27,020 nt of DNA from a virus (Duplodnaviria > Caudoviricetes), in the IMG/VR virus record IMGVR_UViG_3300026123_000024, positions 1 to 27,020 of that record. One strand, given 5' to 3'. The position numbers were made by a program, and so were the translations under genes. The first letter of the stretch is position 1; the number at the start of each line of letters is the position of its first letter. A model generated the notes under the pieces. That model saw nothing but the letters and a program-made list of their open reading frames with translations. It did not search any database and was not told the DNA's origin. This document shows, piece after piece, positions 17,168 to 25,351 of the stretch.

Positions 17168-17215
17168 GTAAGTAAATAGTTTTGTAAAAAGTAACTTATA
17201 AAACTATTAACTTAC
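17168..17215. repeat. 20-bp imperfect inverted repeat in an intergenic gap
   Basis: GTAAGTAAATAGTTTTGTAA / TTATAAAACTATTAACTTAC, 8-nt loop, one mismatch and one G-U pair. Confidence 0.7.
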
Positions 17216-17238
17216 TAATATTATTTTAACTACTCGTG

Positions 17239-17247
17239 TGGTATAAT
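17239..17247 (+). promoter_or_regulatory. Extended -10 TGGTATAAT upstream of the second fibre module
   Basis: TGTGGTATAAT in an AT-rich gap ~50 nt before the GTG start. Confidence 0.6.
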
Positions 17248-17298
17248 AGCTTGAACTACGCTACTACGTATACATTGTAAATTTAAAGGAACTTTACG

Positions 17299-17496
17299 GT
17301 GCCAAAATCAAAAACAAGACTTGTAGCGGATTTTCTCGGTAAAGTCCAAGCTAATACTACTACAGGTGAAGCAGAACAATCTGACCTAGTTGCTGTACAG
17401 GCATCTATAACAGGTGATCTTTATAACGCTGTAGAAATTGATGCTATGTTTGACGACGTAATTTCAGAACTAGAAACAATAGTTACAGCTAACTAA
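17299..17496 (+). CDS. Small hypothetical tail-associated protein (65 aa, GTG start)
   Basis: AAAGGA RBS; N-terminal SKTRLVADFL resembles fibre anchor motifs. Confidence 0.65.
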   Translation: MPKSKTRLVADFLGKVQANTTTGEAEQSDLVAVQASITGDLYNAVEIDAMFDDVISELETIVTAN

Positions 17497-17510
17497 GGGT
17501 AATACTGTAC

Positions 17511-20500
17511 ATGTCATTAAATAATTCTAGACGATTAAGGCTTCAAAATGCTATTGCTGCATGGAAGCAAAAAATTGCTGACGAACGAGCAGCAGCTGAA
17601 GCTGAAGCCGCACGGATAGCAGAACAAGAACGTTTAGCAGCTGAAGCAGCGGCAGCGATTGACGCAGAAACGTATACTAACCAAGCTATTGCAGCTTTAG
17701 CATCTACAGCACCAGAAGCCCTAGATACATTAGAAGAGTTAGCAGCAGCTTTGGGAGATGACCCTAATTTTGCTAGTTCTGTCACTACGTCCCTAGGTAC
17801 TAAAGTAGACAAAATAAACGTTACAGGAGGCTCTGTAGGCTCTTCTACGGGCATTCCTGTAATTACCTATAATAGTCAAGGGCAAATAACTTCAGCGTCT
17901 GAAACAGGCATTACAGTAGGTAACGGGTCAATGACCGTTAACACTGGATCAGGCCTGGTAGGCGGTGCGCAACTAGGTACGGCTAACCAACAAACAAATA
18001 CCTCTGTTACTATCAGCCATGCAGACACTAGTTCTGTAAGCAATGTTAATAATAGTGGAAATACTTTTATACAAGACCTTACTTTCGACAGTTTTGGTCA
18101 CGTAACTGGGGCTACTTCTGGAAGCGTAACAGTAGGCGATGGTGCAATGACTGTTACTGCAGGTAGCGGTTTGTCGGGCGGTGGTCAACTAGGTACTGCA
18201 AACCAATCTGGTGCATCCAGCATTACTTTAAACCACGCTGATACTAGTTCAGTATCTAACATTGATACTTCTGGTAAAACAGTAATTGACGCTCTTACAT
18301 TTGATACTTACGGTCACGTTACTGGCGCAACCTCACGTAATCTTGACTTTTACACTACAAGTGAAGCTGATGGTCGTTATGTAAATGTAACCGGCGATAC
18401 AATGACTGGAGCATTAACAGCTTCTGGTGGTATCAACGGGCTAACATTAGCTAATGGTATTACTGGTACAAACTACAACATTACTGGCGTTAACCAACTT
18501 GAGATAGCAGATCCAGGTGAAGGTATTGTCTGGAAATCCGGATCTAGTGGTGACATGCTTCTCGCCATAGTTGATGACACATCAGATAGTAGGTTAAACC
18601 TTTCTGGTACTGGTGCATCTATGAGCATCAATAACCAACGTGTATTTGCAGACGATTACCACCCTAATGCTGACAAATGGACTACTGCACGTACTCTAAG
18701 CCTTACTGGAGATGTATCGGGTAGCGTAAGCTGGGATGGTTCTGGCAACGCATCAATGACAACTACTGTTGCTAACGACAGTCATAGTCATAGTAATTAT
18801 TTGTTAAATACTACTGACTCTGAACAAACAGGTGATTTCGGAACTATATACTGGAATCAAGGTTCTGCTAGAGTAAATTCAGACCCTAGGACAAATGAAC
18901 CAGGCTATGATTCTGATTTAACTAATATTCACTGGTGGTCTACTACAGCAGCAGGGGCTAATTATGGTCGTGTAGGTCATGCTCTGTATAATGGTTCTGC
19001 ATATCAATACCTACATACTAAAGCTAATCAGAGCAACCTCTACATTAATAACAATGTAGTCTGGAATGCAGGTAATGACGGATCGGGTTCTGGGCTAGAC
19101 GCAGATCTACTTGACGGACAACACGCTAGTTCTTTTGCTGCTGCAAACCACTCACATAGTTATTTACCTTTATCAGGTGGTACTATTACAGGTAACGTAA
19201 CGCTTACTGGTGCAGATTCTGAAAACGCTTTAACGCTTACTGGTACTATGCCAACAATAGCGTTAATTGATAATGTTGATGATAACTTCTTCATTCATGT
19301 AAATAGCAACAATTTTTATATTTTGAATGATAGAGATGGAAACGGTTCTTACAATAGCTGGGAAGCACCTTATGCTTTACAGTTAGAAGCTGATACTAAT
19401 ATAGGTTATTTATTTGGCGATAGAATCTTTGACGAAGGTTACCACCCTAACGCTGATAAATGGACTACTGCGCGTAGCCTTACATTGACAGGTGATGTAA
19501 CAGGTAGTGTGTCCTGGGATGGTAGTGCTAACGCTTCTATCACAGCCACTGTTGTAAATGACAGCCACAACCACAACCATTCTGATGGCAATTTTACAGT
19601 CAATGGGGATTTGTACGGTAAGGCCGTAAATGGTGCCTACTCTAGCATTTATAGAATGGGCGGTATTTACTTTACATGGGATTCAGATAGCTACGGAACT
19701 AATATTAACCACTCTATCCGTTCTACTTACGGAGATACGTATGGTGATGATATTACTATAAACTCTTATGGTAATGTCCGTATCAACATTGATAGTAATA
19801 ATAATGGTGCTGATAGATTCGAAATAGGTCAAGGTACTACTGGTACTGGTAATGTCATCTTTACTACGGATGAAGCGGGTAATACTACTTCTACTGGTAG
19901 TTTACGTTCACCTATCTTCTATGACAGTGCTAATACAGCATACTACTGGAACCCTAACGACAGTTCTGCTCACAAGTTCCAGACGCCCAGTGGATATATC
20001 CACATTGGCCCGATGAATACGAGCCACTGTCATCTTCAGACTGACAGAAGCAACTTCTACTTCAACAAAGAGCTACGTGTTGATACGGGCGTAATTGGTT
20101 CATACAATGAGAACTTAATACTACGAAGAGCAGCTAACTCCGCTGACCAGATTACTGTAGCTTCAGGTTATTCAGTAGCTACAGGAAGTATGCGAGCACC
20201 ACTGTTCTACGATAGTAACAATACAGCTTATTACGCAAATCCAGCCAGTACATCTTACTTCAACGACTTCCGTTGTGACATCATGTATGACAAGGATAAT
20301 ACAGCTTACTATGTACGTCCCGGTTCTACGTCTATTCTAAACGATGCTCGTGCTAACATTTGGTACAGCCGCAGTAACACAGGGTATTACAGCGATCCTG
20401 AAAGTACATCACGGTTAAATGCAGTAGATTTTAATAGTGGTACTCTCAGAGGTCCGTTAGTAGTTCCTACTGGAAACCGTGATGACGGTGTATTTGGTAC

Positions 20501-21035
20501 ATACGACTCATATAAAACCCAGCATATCTGGTCAATGGGTACTTCTTATCGAAATGCTGCAGATGGCTCTACTTTTGGTAACTTGTACGGTTTAGCGTAC
20601 AAACACACCAACAATGCTACTGGCGGTAGTATGGGCGGAAGTCACCAAATGGTATGGTGTCAAAATGGCAGCGCTAAATGTTCTTTAGGCTCTAGTATAT
20701 GGACAAGCGGTAACGTAACTGCTTACTCAGATATACGAGTTAAAACTAATCTTGAAATCATTCCTGATGCGCTTGAAAAAGTTAAGCAGCTCAACGGTTA
20801 TACCTTTGATCGTACTGACGTTAAGTATGACGAGGATGGTGAGCCTTTAGTACCTATTCGTCAGACAGGCGTAGTCGCTCAGGAAGTCCTGAAAGTTCTC
20901 CCAGAAGCTGTTACCGGCGACGAAGAAAACCACTACTCCGTGGCATACGGAAACATGGTTGGTCTTTTAATCGAGGCGGTAAAAGAGCTGGACGCAAAAG
21001 TGAAAGACTTAGAGGCAAAACTCAATGGCAATTGA
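17511..21035 (+). CDS. Mosaic long tail fibre protein 2 with a C-terminal peptidase S74 intramolecular chaperone (1174 aa)
   Basis: YSDIRVKTNL..ALEKVKQLNGYTF..GVVAQEV..LPEAV..VAYGNMVGLLIEAVKEL S74 signature; modules shared with fibre 1; FYDSxNTAYY repeats. Confidence 0.92.
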   Translation: MSLNNSRRLRLQNAIAAWKQKIADERAAAEAEAARIAEQERLAAEAAAAIDAETYTNQAIAALASTAPEALDTLEELAAALGDDPNFASSVTTSLGTKVDKINVTGGSVGSSTGIPVITYNSQGQITSASETGITVGNGSMTVNTGSGLVGGAQLGTANQQTNTSVTISHADTSSVSNVNNSGNTFIQDLTFDSFGHVTGATSGSVTVGDGAMTVTAGSGLSGGGQLGTANQSGASSITLNHADTSSVSNIDTSGKTVIDALTFDTYGHVTGATSRNLDFYTTSEADGRYVNVTGDTMTGALTASGGINGLTLANGITGTNYNITGVNQLEIADPGEGIVWKSGSSGDMLLAIVDDTSDSRLNLSGTGASMSINNQRVFADDYHPNADKWTTARTLSLTGDVSGSVSWDGSGNASMTTTVANDSHSHSNYLLNTTDSEQTGDFGTIYWNQGSARVNSDPRTNEPGYDSDLTNIHWWSTTAAGANYGRVGHALYNGSAYQYLHTKANQSNLYINNNVVWNAGNDGSGSGLDADLLDGQHASSFAAANHSHSYLPLSGGTITGNVTLTGADSENALTLTGTMPTIALIDNVDDNFFIHVNSNNFYILNDRDGNGSYNSWEAPYALQLEADTNIGYLFGDRIFDEGYHPNADKWTTARSLTLTGDVTGSVSWDGSANASITATVVNDSHNHNHSDGNFTVNGDLYGKAVNGAYSSIYRMGGIYFTWDSDSYGTNINHSIRSTYGDTYGDDITINSYGNVRINIDSNNNGADRFEIGQGTTGTGNVIFTTDEAGNTTSTGSLRSPIFYDSANTAYYWNPNDSSAHKFQTPSGYIHIGPMNTSHCHLQTDRSNFYFNKELRVDTGVIGSYNENLILRRAANSADQITVASGYSVATGSMRAPLFYDSNNTAYYANPASTSYFNDFRCDIMYDKDNTAYYVRPGSTSILNDARANIWYSRSNTGYYSDPESTSRLNAVDFNSGTLRGPLVVPTGNRDDGVFGTYDSYKTQHIWSMGTSYRNAADGSTFGNLYGLAYKHTNNATGGSMGGSHQMVWCQNGSAKCSLGSSIWTSGNVTAYSDIRVKTNLEIIPDALEKVKQLNGYTFDRTDVKYDEDGEPLVPIRQTGVVAQEVLKVLPEAVTGDEENHYSVAYGNMVGLLIEAVKELDAKVKDLEAKLNGN

Positions 21036-21747
21036 ATATCGAGTGGTGTCAGTAGATCCAATCTACCGACGCGTTAACATCTGCTACAGCAAACCCGATA
21101 CGCACGATGTTTATCGAAGCGTAGAGATCGGTGAAATTACGGAAGAAGCAATCAAAGCAGCAGCTGAGTACAACGCTCAGTTTGCTGTGGAGTACTGGCG
21201 TACACTAGAGTCTGCACCAATTATCCAGATGGATGCGAGTTACGCTTTAGAGTCGAAGCCAAAGCTTCGTCTTCCGTCTCCTTCTATTGACGGTAATACA
21301 CATACTCTGCGTACTGCTGAAGTAGATAAGGGAGATTACATTGAAGTCTCTTACTATGCAGATCCATACACACCAGAGGAGATGGCTTTACAAGTAGAAG
21401 CTATGCGCCCAGATGTGTACCGCATGATTAAAGAGCAACGTGATTTTGAAAGCGAGTTACCCTGCAACAACTTCGATGTGAATGAGAAATCCCGAAATAG
21501 GATTTTATCAGTGATACAGAACTGGGATTCTCTGGGCTATGGCGATACTATTAACTGGATCATGGCAGATAATACGACACAGGCTGTTTCTAAACTTCAA
21601 TTGTCGGATGCTTTAGTTCAATACGCTGCAAGACTGACGCAGTTGTTTGAAATGTACTTGGCTCGTAAAGAGCAAGTTGCGGCAGCAACTACACTAGAAG
21701 AACTATACTCATATGCAGGTAGGTACATTAGTCATGCTGGTCAGTAG
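21025..21747 (+). CDS. Tail-associated protein with a C-terminal DUF4376-like domain (240 aa)
   Basis: IKEQRD..FDVNEKSRNRI..INWIMADNT..L...KEQVAAATTLEEL pattern. Confidence 0.65.
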   Translation: MAIEYRVVSVDPIYRRVNICYSKPDTHDVYRSVEIGEITEEAIKAAAEYNAQFAVEYWRTLESAPIIQMDASYALESKPKLRLPSPSIDGNTHTLRTAEVDKGDYIEVSYYADPYTPEEMALQVEAMRPDVYRMIKEQRDFESELPCNNFDVNEKSRNRILSVIQNWDSLGYGDTINWIMADNTTQAVSKLQLSDALVQYAARLTQLFEMYLARKEQVAAATTLEELYSYAGRYISHAGQ

Positions 21748-22519
21748 TGGAGCAATATCATTATCCGCAATAGCTGGAGAGTTCGGAGGCAGTAAGCCTC
21801 ATAGTATATCTGAGTTCCGTGGACTCCATCCTAATTTACCTGCGTCTGGTACAATCCGCCTCTCAAACTTTTATGGTACGTACAAAGCTGCAACTCCCCC
21901 TAAACTTATTTACTCTTACATAGGCTCTGCAGGCGGCACAAAAACAGCCACCATTAATACATCAGCACGTACAGACGTAGGCAACCCTCATGTAATTGTA
22001 GTGTGGCGGTATAGTGAGGCTGATAGACCAGAATATCCCGGCACACCAACGTTAAATGGCGTTGCCATGACGATAGATAGAATGTCTCCTCATTACTATA
22101 GTCAAGACGGAGGTAACCAGGCTATTTGGCGAGCTACAATAACACCGGATTCCACAACAGCTTTTAGTTTGTACACACCTGGTTCGCAATATGCAAACGG
22201 AGTAGAAATACGTGTGTATCTTGTAGAATTTGCGTACGGCAGAGGCGATATAGGAACCTACGGAAGTACGACTCCATCCACTACGGTATCGTGGTCTCCA
22301 ACAAACTATGTGAATAAACCACATTGCATATTTGGCGTGGCTAGTCAGGGCAAGTTTCCGAGTAGCTGGAGCGACAGTAAATTTAACTCGGATATATCAG
22401 GAACCTCTATTGCGGCAGATAAGTATATAACTGGGACAAGTACCAGTTATGCAATAAGTGGGCAGATCGTATGTCTGTACTCACTGACTTACAACGACAA
22501 TAACGTTTTAGCTGTATAA
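21734..22519 (+). CDS. Putative fibre-tip adhesin/receptor-binding protein (261 aa; start ATG 21734)
   Basis: N-terminal SSGAISLSAIAGEFGGSKPHSISEF..PASGTIRLSNFYG attachment motif typical of genes following S74 fibres; beta-rich variable C-terminus. Confidence 0.65.
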   Translation: MLVSSGAISLSAIAGEFGGSKPHSISEFRGLHPNLPASGTIRLSNFYGTYKAATPPKLIYSYIGSAGGTKTATINTSARTDVGNPHVIVVWRYSEADRPEYPGTPTLNGVAMTIDRMSPHYYSQDGGNQAIWRATITPDSTTAFSLYTPGSQYANGVEIRVYLVEFAYGRGDIGTYGSTTPSTTVSWSPTNYVNKPHCIFGVASQGKFPSSWSDSKFNSDISGTSIAADKYITGTSTSYAISGQIVCLYSLTYNDNNVLAV

Positions 22520-22540
22520 CTAATTATAGGATGTTAAACA

Positions 22541-22876
22541 ATGGCAATTACATATACTTGGAAAGTAACTGGTATTAAAACTAAACCAGATAGTGCAGCA
22601 CCTGATGCTATTTACCAGACTTACTGGGAAAAGATCGGTACTGATGAAAACGGTAACGTAGGTCGCTTTGCAGGCGCTACTCCGCTACAGTTTGAAGAAA
22701 ACGATGTGTTCATTCCGCTGGCTGAAGTAACTGAAGAAATGGTTATTGGTTGGATTCAAGAGCACGTTGTAGGTGATTACGAGCAACATGTGAATGACCG
22801 TATTGCTCAACAGATTGCTGAACAAGCCGTACCACTTACAGACTCTGCAATGCCTTGGGCACCTGTAGAAGAATAA
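22541..22876 (+). CDS. Conserved tail-region phage protein (111 aa)
   Basis: MAITYTWKV..FIP..EVTEEMVIGW..IAQQI..MPW family recurring next to fibres; AGGA RBS. Confidence 0.75.
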   Translation: MAITYTWKVTGIKTKPDSAAPDAIYQTYWEKIGTDENGNVGRFAGATPLQFEENDVFIPLAEVTEEMVIGWIQEHVVGDYEQHVNDRIAQQIAEQAVPLTDSAMPWAPVEE

Positions 22877-22920
22877 TTTGGTAAATATCTCTTTTAAAAC
22901 GTATTTAAATAAGATACTAT

Positions 22921-22958
22921 AGTTAGTACATATTACGTTTTTGTTTTATGTACTAACT
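22921..22958. repeat. Perfect 12-bp inverted repeat (possible terminator/processing hairpin)
   Basis: AGTTAGTACATA-N14-TATGTACTAACT followed by TTAATTT. Confidence 0.65.
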
Positions 22959-22985
22959 TTAATTTATTTATAAGGAACGATAACA

Positions 22986-23219
22986 ATGGCTAAAGACGAA
23001 AAGAAAACCATTACTATCAATGATAAAGAATACGACATGTCTACTTTTTCTCAGGAACAGGTAGCAATGTATAACCATATTCAAGACTTACGCCGTAAGC
23101 TAGATAATGCGTTGTTTAACGTAGATCAGCTACGAGTTGGTCAAGATGCGTTTATCCGTATGCTTGTAAACTCTTTGGAAACTCCTAAAGAAGATGTTGA
23201 AGAAAATACCGCTGGATAA
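22986..23219 (+). CDS. Small coiled-coil phage protein, DUF6447-like (77 aa)
   Basis: TITINDKEYD...L...QL...AF...L pattern; TAAGGA RBS. Confidence 0.65.
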   Translation: MAKDEKKTITINDKEYDMSTFSQEQVAMYNHIQDLRRKLDNALFNVDQLRVGQDAFIRMLVNSLETPKEDVEENTAG

Positions 23220-23436
23220 GCAGTTACATTTCTTTTCAGGCGGTATGTTAGCAGGAATGCTCATGCCGCTTGGCTTAGAAGTAACTTTGATTAGTGTACT
23301 ACTAGCTGGCGTAGCTAAAGAAGTATACGATGGGATAACAGGTCGTGGAACTCAAGAAGCACTAGATGCTTTTGCTACTTTTCTAGGCGGATCAGTAGTT
23401 GTTATAAGCACTATAGTACTGGAAGGAACCTGGTAA
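23194..23436 (+). CDS. Small membrane protein, DKxxHF..KExYD..D family (YfiM/DUF2279-like)
   Basis: DKQLHF, AGVAKEVYD, LDAFATFLGG motifs and hydrophobic segments. Confidence 0.65.
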   Translation: MLKKIPLDKQLHFFSGGMLAGMLMPLGLEVTLISVLLAGVAKEVYDGITGRGTQEALDAFATFLGGSVVVISTIVLEGTW

Positions 23437-23512
23437 TTAATATTAGTGTTTTTATAGTTTGCGTTTTTTGTTTGTTTAGTATAGATAACCAATTACTAAA
23501 ATAATCTATTTT

Positions 23513-23521
23513 TGGTATAAT
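23513..23521 (+). promoter_or_regulatory. Extended -10 TGGTATAAT upstream of the lysis cassette
   Basis: Perfect TGn-TATAAT in an AT-rich gap. Confidence 0.6.
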
Positions 23522-23557
23522 ACCTATAATTTTTAACCTACTTATAGAGATCTTATC

Positions 23558-23842
23558 GTGTCAGAAGAGCTAGATAGACGAATATCTCGTATTGAGCGTG
23601 AACAAGAACGCATGGAAGAAGTGCTACGAGAGTTAGTACTATCTACTACGCGTATTGGGGATTTGCTAGAACAACAACGAGCCGTTACTCCTAAAATAGA
23701 TAAATTATCTGGTCAAGTACAAGAACTCCAAATTTCTGTATCTAACGCCCAACTTGTCCAAAGAGGTGTAGTTTGGCTTGGGGGTATTATAGGCAGTAGT
23801 GCTGTTGTTATGGCTATGTCTTTTTTGTTTAAGGTAACTTAA
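23558..23842 (+). CDS. Coiled-coil protein with a C-terminal transmembrane helix (holin-associated/XhlA-like)
   Basis: Heptad N-terminus; VVWLGGIIGSSAVVMAMSFLF TM segment; first gene of the lysis cassette. Confidence 0.65.
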   Translation: MSEELDRRISRIEREQERMEEVLRELVLSTTRIGDLLEQQRAVTPKIDKLSGQVQELQISVSNAQLVQRGVVWLGGIIGSSAVVMAMSFLFKVT

Positions 23843-23843
23843 T

Positions 23844-24203
23844 ATGAGTATTCCTGATATCGGTAATTGGATAGTATTGTTTATATATGTAGTTATACTC
23901 TATAAATCTATACAAATATTTTTAAATATCCATAAAGCTAGTTTATACGGGGTTGTACAACCTTTAGTATATGCTTTTAGCGGTTTTTTAGCTTTACAGT
24001 CTGTAATTTTTATACTATTACAGATTGAATGGATTATAGAAGAAAATAATGATGCTATAACAGATATCGCTAGTTGGGGATGGATGTTTTATGATTATTT
24101 TAACGGGTTTTCTGTATTGTGTTTTGCTATGGCCCTAGATATCTATATTAACTGGCGTGTACCTGGGTCTAAACACAATAGAAGAAGAGAAGACAACATA
24201 TGA
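23844..24203 (+). CDS. Three-TM membrane protein, possible holin/antiholin
   Basis: Three hydrophobic segments and a charged C-tail KHNRRREDNI. Confidence 0.6.
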   Translation: MSIPDIGNWIVLFIYVVILYKSIQIFLNIHKASLYGVVQPLVYAFSGFLALQSVIFILLQIEWIIEENNDAITDIASWGWMFYDYFNGFSVLCFAMALDIYINWRVPGSKHNRRREDNI

Positions 24204-24382
24204 TGTGGGCCCTAGTTGCTATATTACTTTCAAATAAAGGTGTAGGTGTACAGCCTGTAAATTTACATGATTCAATGGAAGATTGTTTCATGGCAAGAGA
24301 AGTAATGATGACAGCTATGCCTAAACCAAAATTAAACTACGAACTTGTCTGTATACGTACAGATGTGTTTGAAGGAGCATAA
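24200..24382 (+). CDS. Small protein with a hydrophobic N-terminus and two Cys (60 aa)
   Basis: ATGA overlap; WALVAILL..SMEDC..LVC pattern. Confidence 0.65.
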   Translation: MMWALVAILLSNKGVGVQPVNLHDSMEDCFMAREVMMTAMPKPKLNYELVCIRTDVFEGA

Positions 24383-24384
24383 AT

Positions 24385-24756
24385 ATGTGGAGCGTACTAG
24401 CTAAAATATTTGGTAGTGGTGATGTTATCAGTAAAGGCATTGACCTTATTGATAATATGCATACAAGTACAGAAGAAGAGATACAAGCTAAGACTAAAGC
24501 TAAGACTGACATGCTTAACGCCTACGCTCCATTTAAACTTGCTCAGCGTGTTATAGCCTTTGCCTTTACCTTCGTATACCTAGCTTGCTTCTCCCTTGTG
24601 TTAGGCTTCACACTAGCTGAGAGAGCTACTGATGCTGCTATGGTTAAGCAAGTGTTAGAAGACTTTCAAATTGGATATGCAATGCTAATCATCTTAGCTT
24701 TCTACTTTGGTGGTGGAGCATTTGAGGGTGTTATTGCTAGCAAGGGAAAAAAGTAA
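24385..24756 (+). CDS. Holin, GTA_holin_3TM-like family
   Basis: IFGSG..DLID..HTS.EE.., QR.IA + TM + TM ending FYFGG; directly before the endolysin; GAAGGAG RBS. Confidence 0.75.
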   Translation: MWSVLAKIFGSGDVISKGIDLIDNMHTSTEEEIQAKTKAKTDMLNAYAPFKLAQRVIAFAFTFVYLACFSLVLGFTLAERATDAAMVKQVLEDFQIGYAMLIILAFYFGGGAFEGVIASKGKK

Positions 24757-25271
24757 TGCAATTTTATGATGCACTGGCCATTATCTTAAAACATGAAGGT
24801 GGTTATGTTAACCACCCTTTAGACCCAGGTGGAATTACTAACCTAGGGGTTACTAAGCGTGTTTATGAAGACTGGGTAGGTCATGAAGTTGATGATGCTA
24901 CTATGCGTGGTTTAGAACCTGCTGATGTTAGCCCTATTTACAAAAAGAACTACTGGGATAAAGTACGTTGCGGTGACTTGCCTAGTGGAGTAAATCTAGC
25001 AGTATTTGATAGTGCGGTTAATAGTGGTACTAGAAGAGCTGCAAAGTGGTTACAACGCTGTGTAGGGGCTGTAGAAGATGGTATTATTGGTCCTAAAACA
25101 CTAAAAGCAGTTAATGAAGAAGATCCAGCTCAGCTTATTAACAAGTACTTAGACACTAGATTAGAGTTTTTACAGAGTTTAGGTATATGGAGTACTTTTG
25201 GTAAGGGCTGGAGTAGACGTGTTGAAGAAACTAGGGAGCTAGCTCTTAAGGCTTACCACGAATCTTTGTAA
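24756..25271 (+). CDS. Endolysin, glycoside hydrolase family 108 with a PG_binding_3 domain
   Basis: HEGGYVNHPLDPGGITNLGVT catalytic motif, FDSAVNSG, DGIIGPKTL, FGKGWSRRV. Confidence 0.95.
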   Translation: MQFYDALAIILKHEGGYVNHPLDPGGITNLGVTKRVYEDWVGHEVDDATMRGLEPADVSPIYKKNYWDKVRCGDLPSGVNLAVFDSAVNSGTRRAAKWLQRCVGAVEDGIIGPKTLKAVNEEDPAQLINKYLDTRLEFLQSLGIWSTFGKGWSRRVEETRELALKAYHESL

Positions 25272-25273
25272 TA

Positions 25274-25302
25274 TTTACATTATCATGATTAAATGGTATA
25301 CT
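25274..25302 (+). promoter_or_regulatory. Promoter for the portal: TTTACA-N17-TATACT with extended TG
   Basis: -35 at 25274-25279; TGGTATACT at 25294-25302. Confidence 0.65.
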
Positions 25303-25351
25303 GGAAACCATTATCCAGTAACTGATATGATTAAGAGTACTGAAGGAACAT

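Noticed and set aside
17496-17511. Readthrough or frameshift fusion of the 65-aa ORF to fibre 2
   Set aside because: The ORFs are in different frames, no slippery site is apparent, and the downstream gene has its own AAGGG RBS.
13904-18800. Diversity-generating retroelement (TR/VR pair) or invertible shufflon
   Set aside because: No reverse transcriptase or invertase is in the window, the mismatches are not adenine-specific on one strand, and the repeats are direct and gene-internal.
25292-25320. H-type pseudoknot or N4 vRNAP hairpin promoter
   Set aside because: One-nucleotide loops cannot span the stems, and the loops do not match the 3-nt-loop vRNAP hairpin type.
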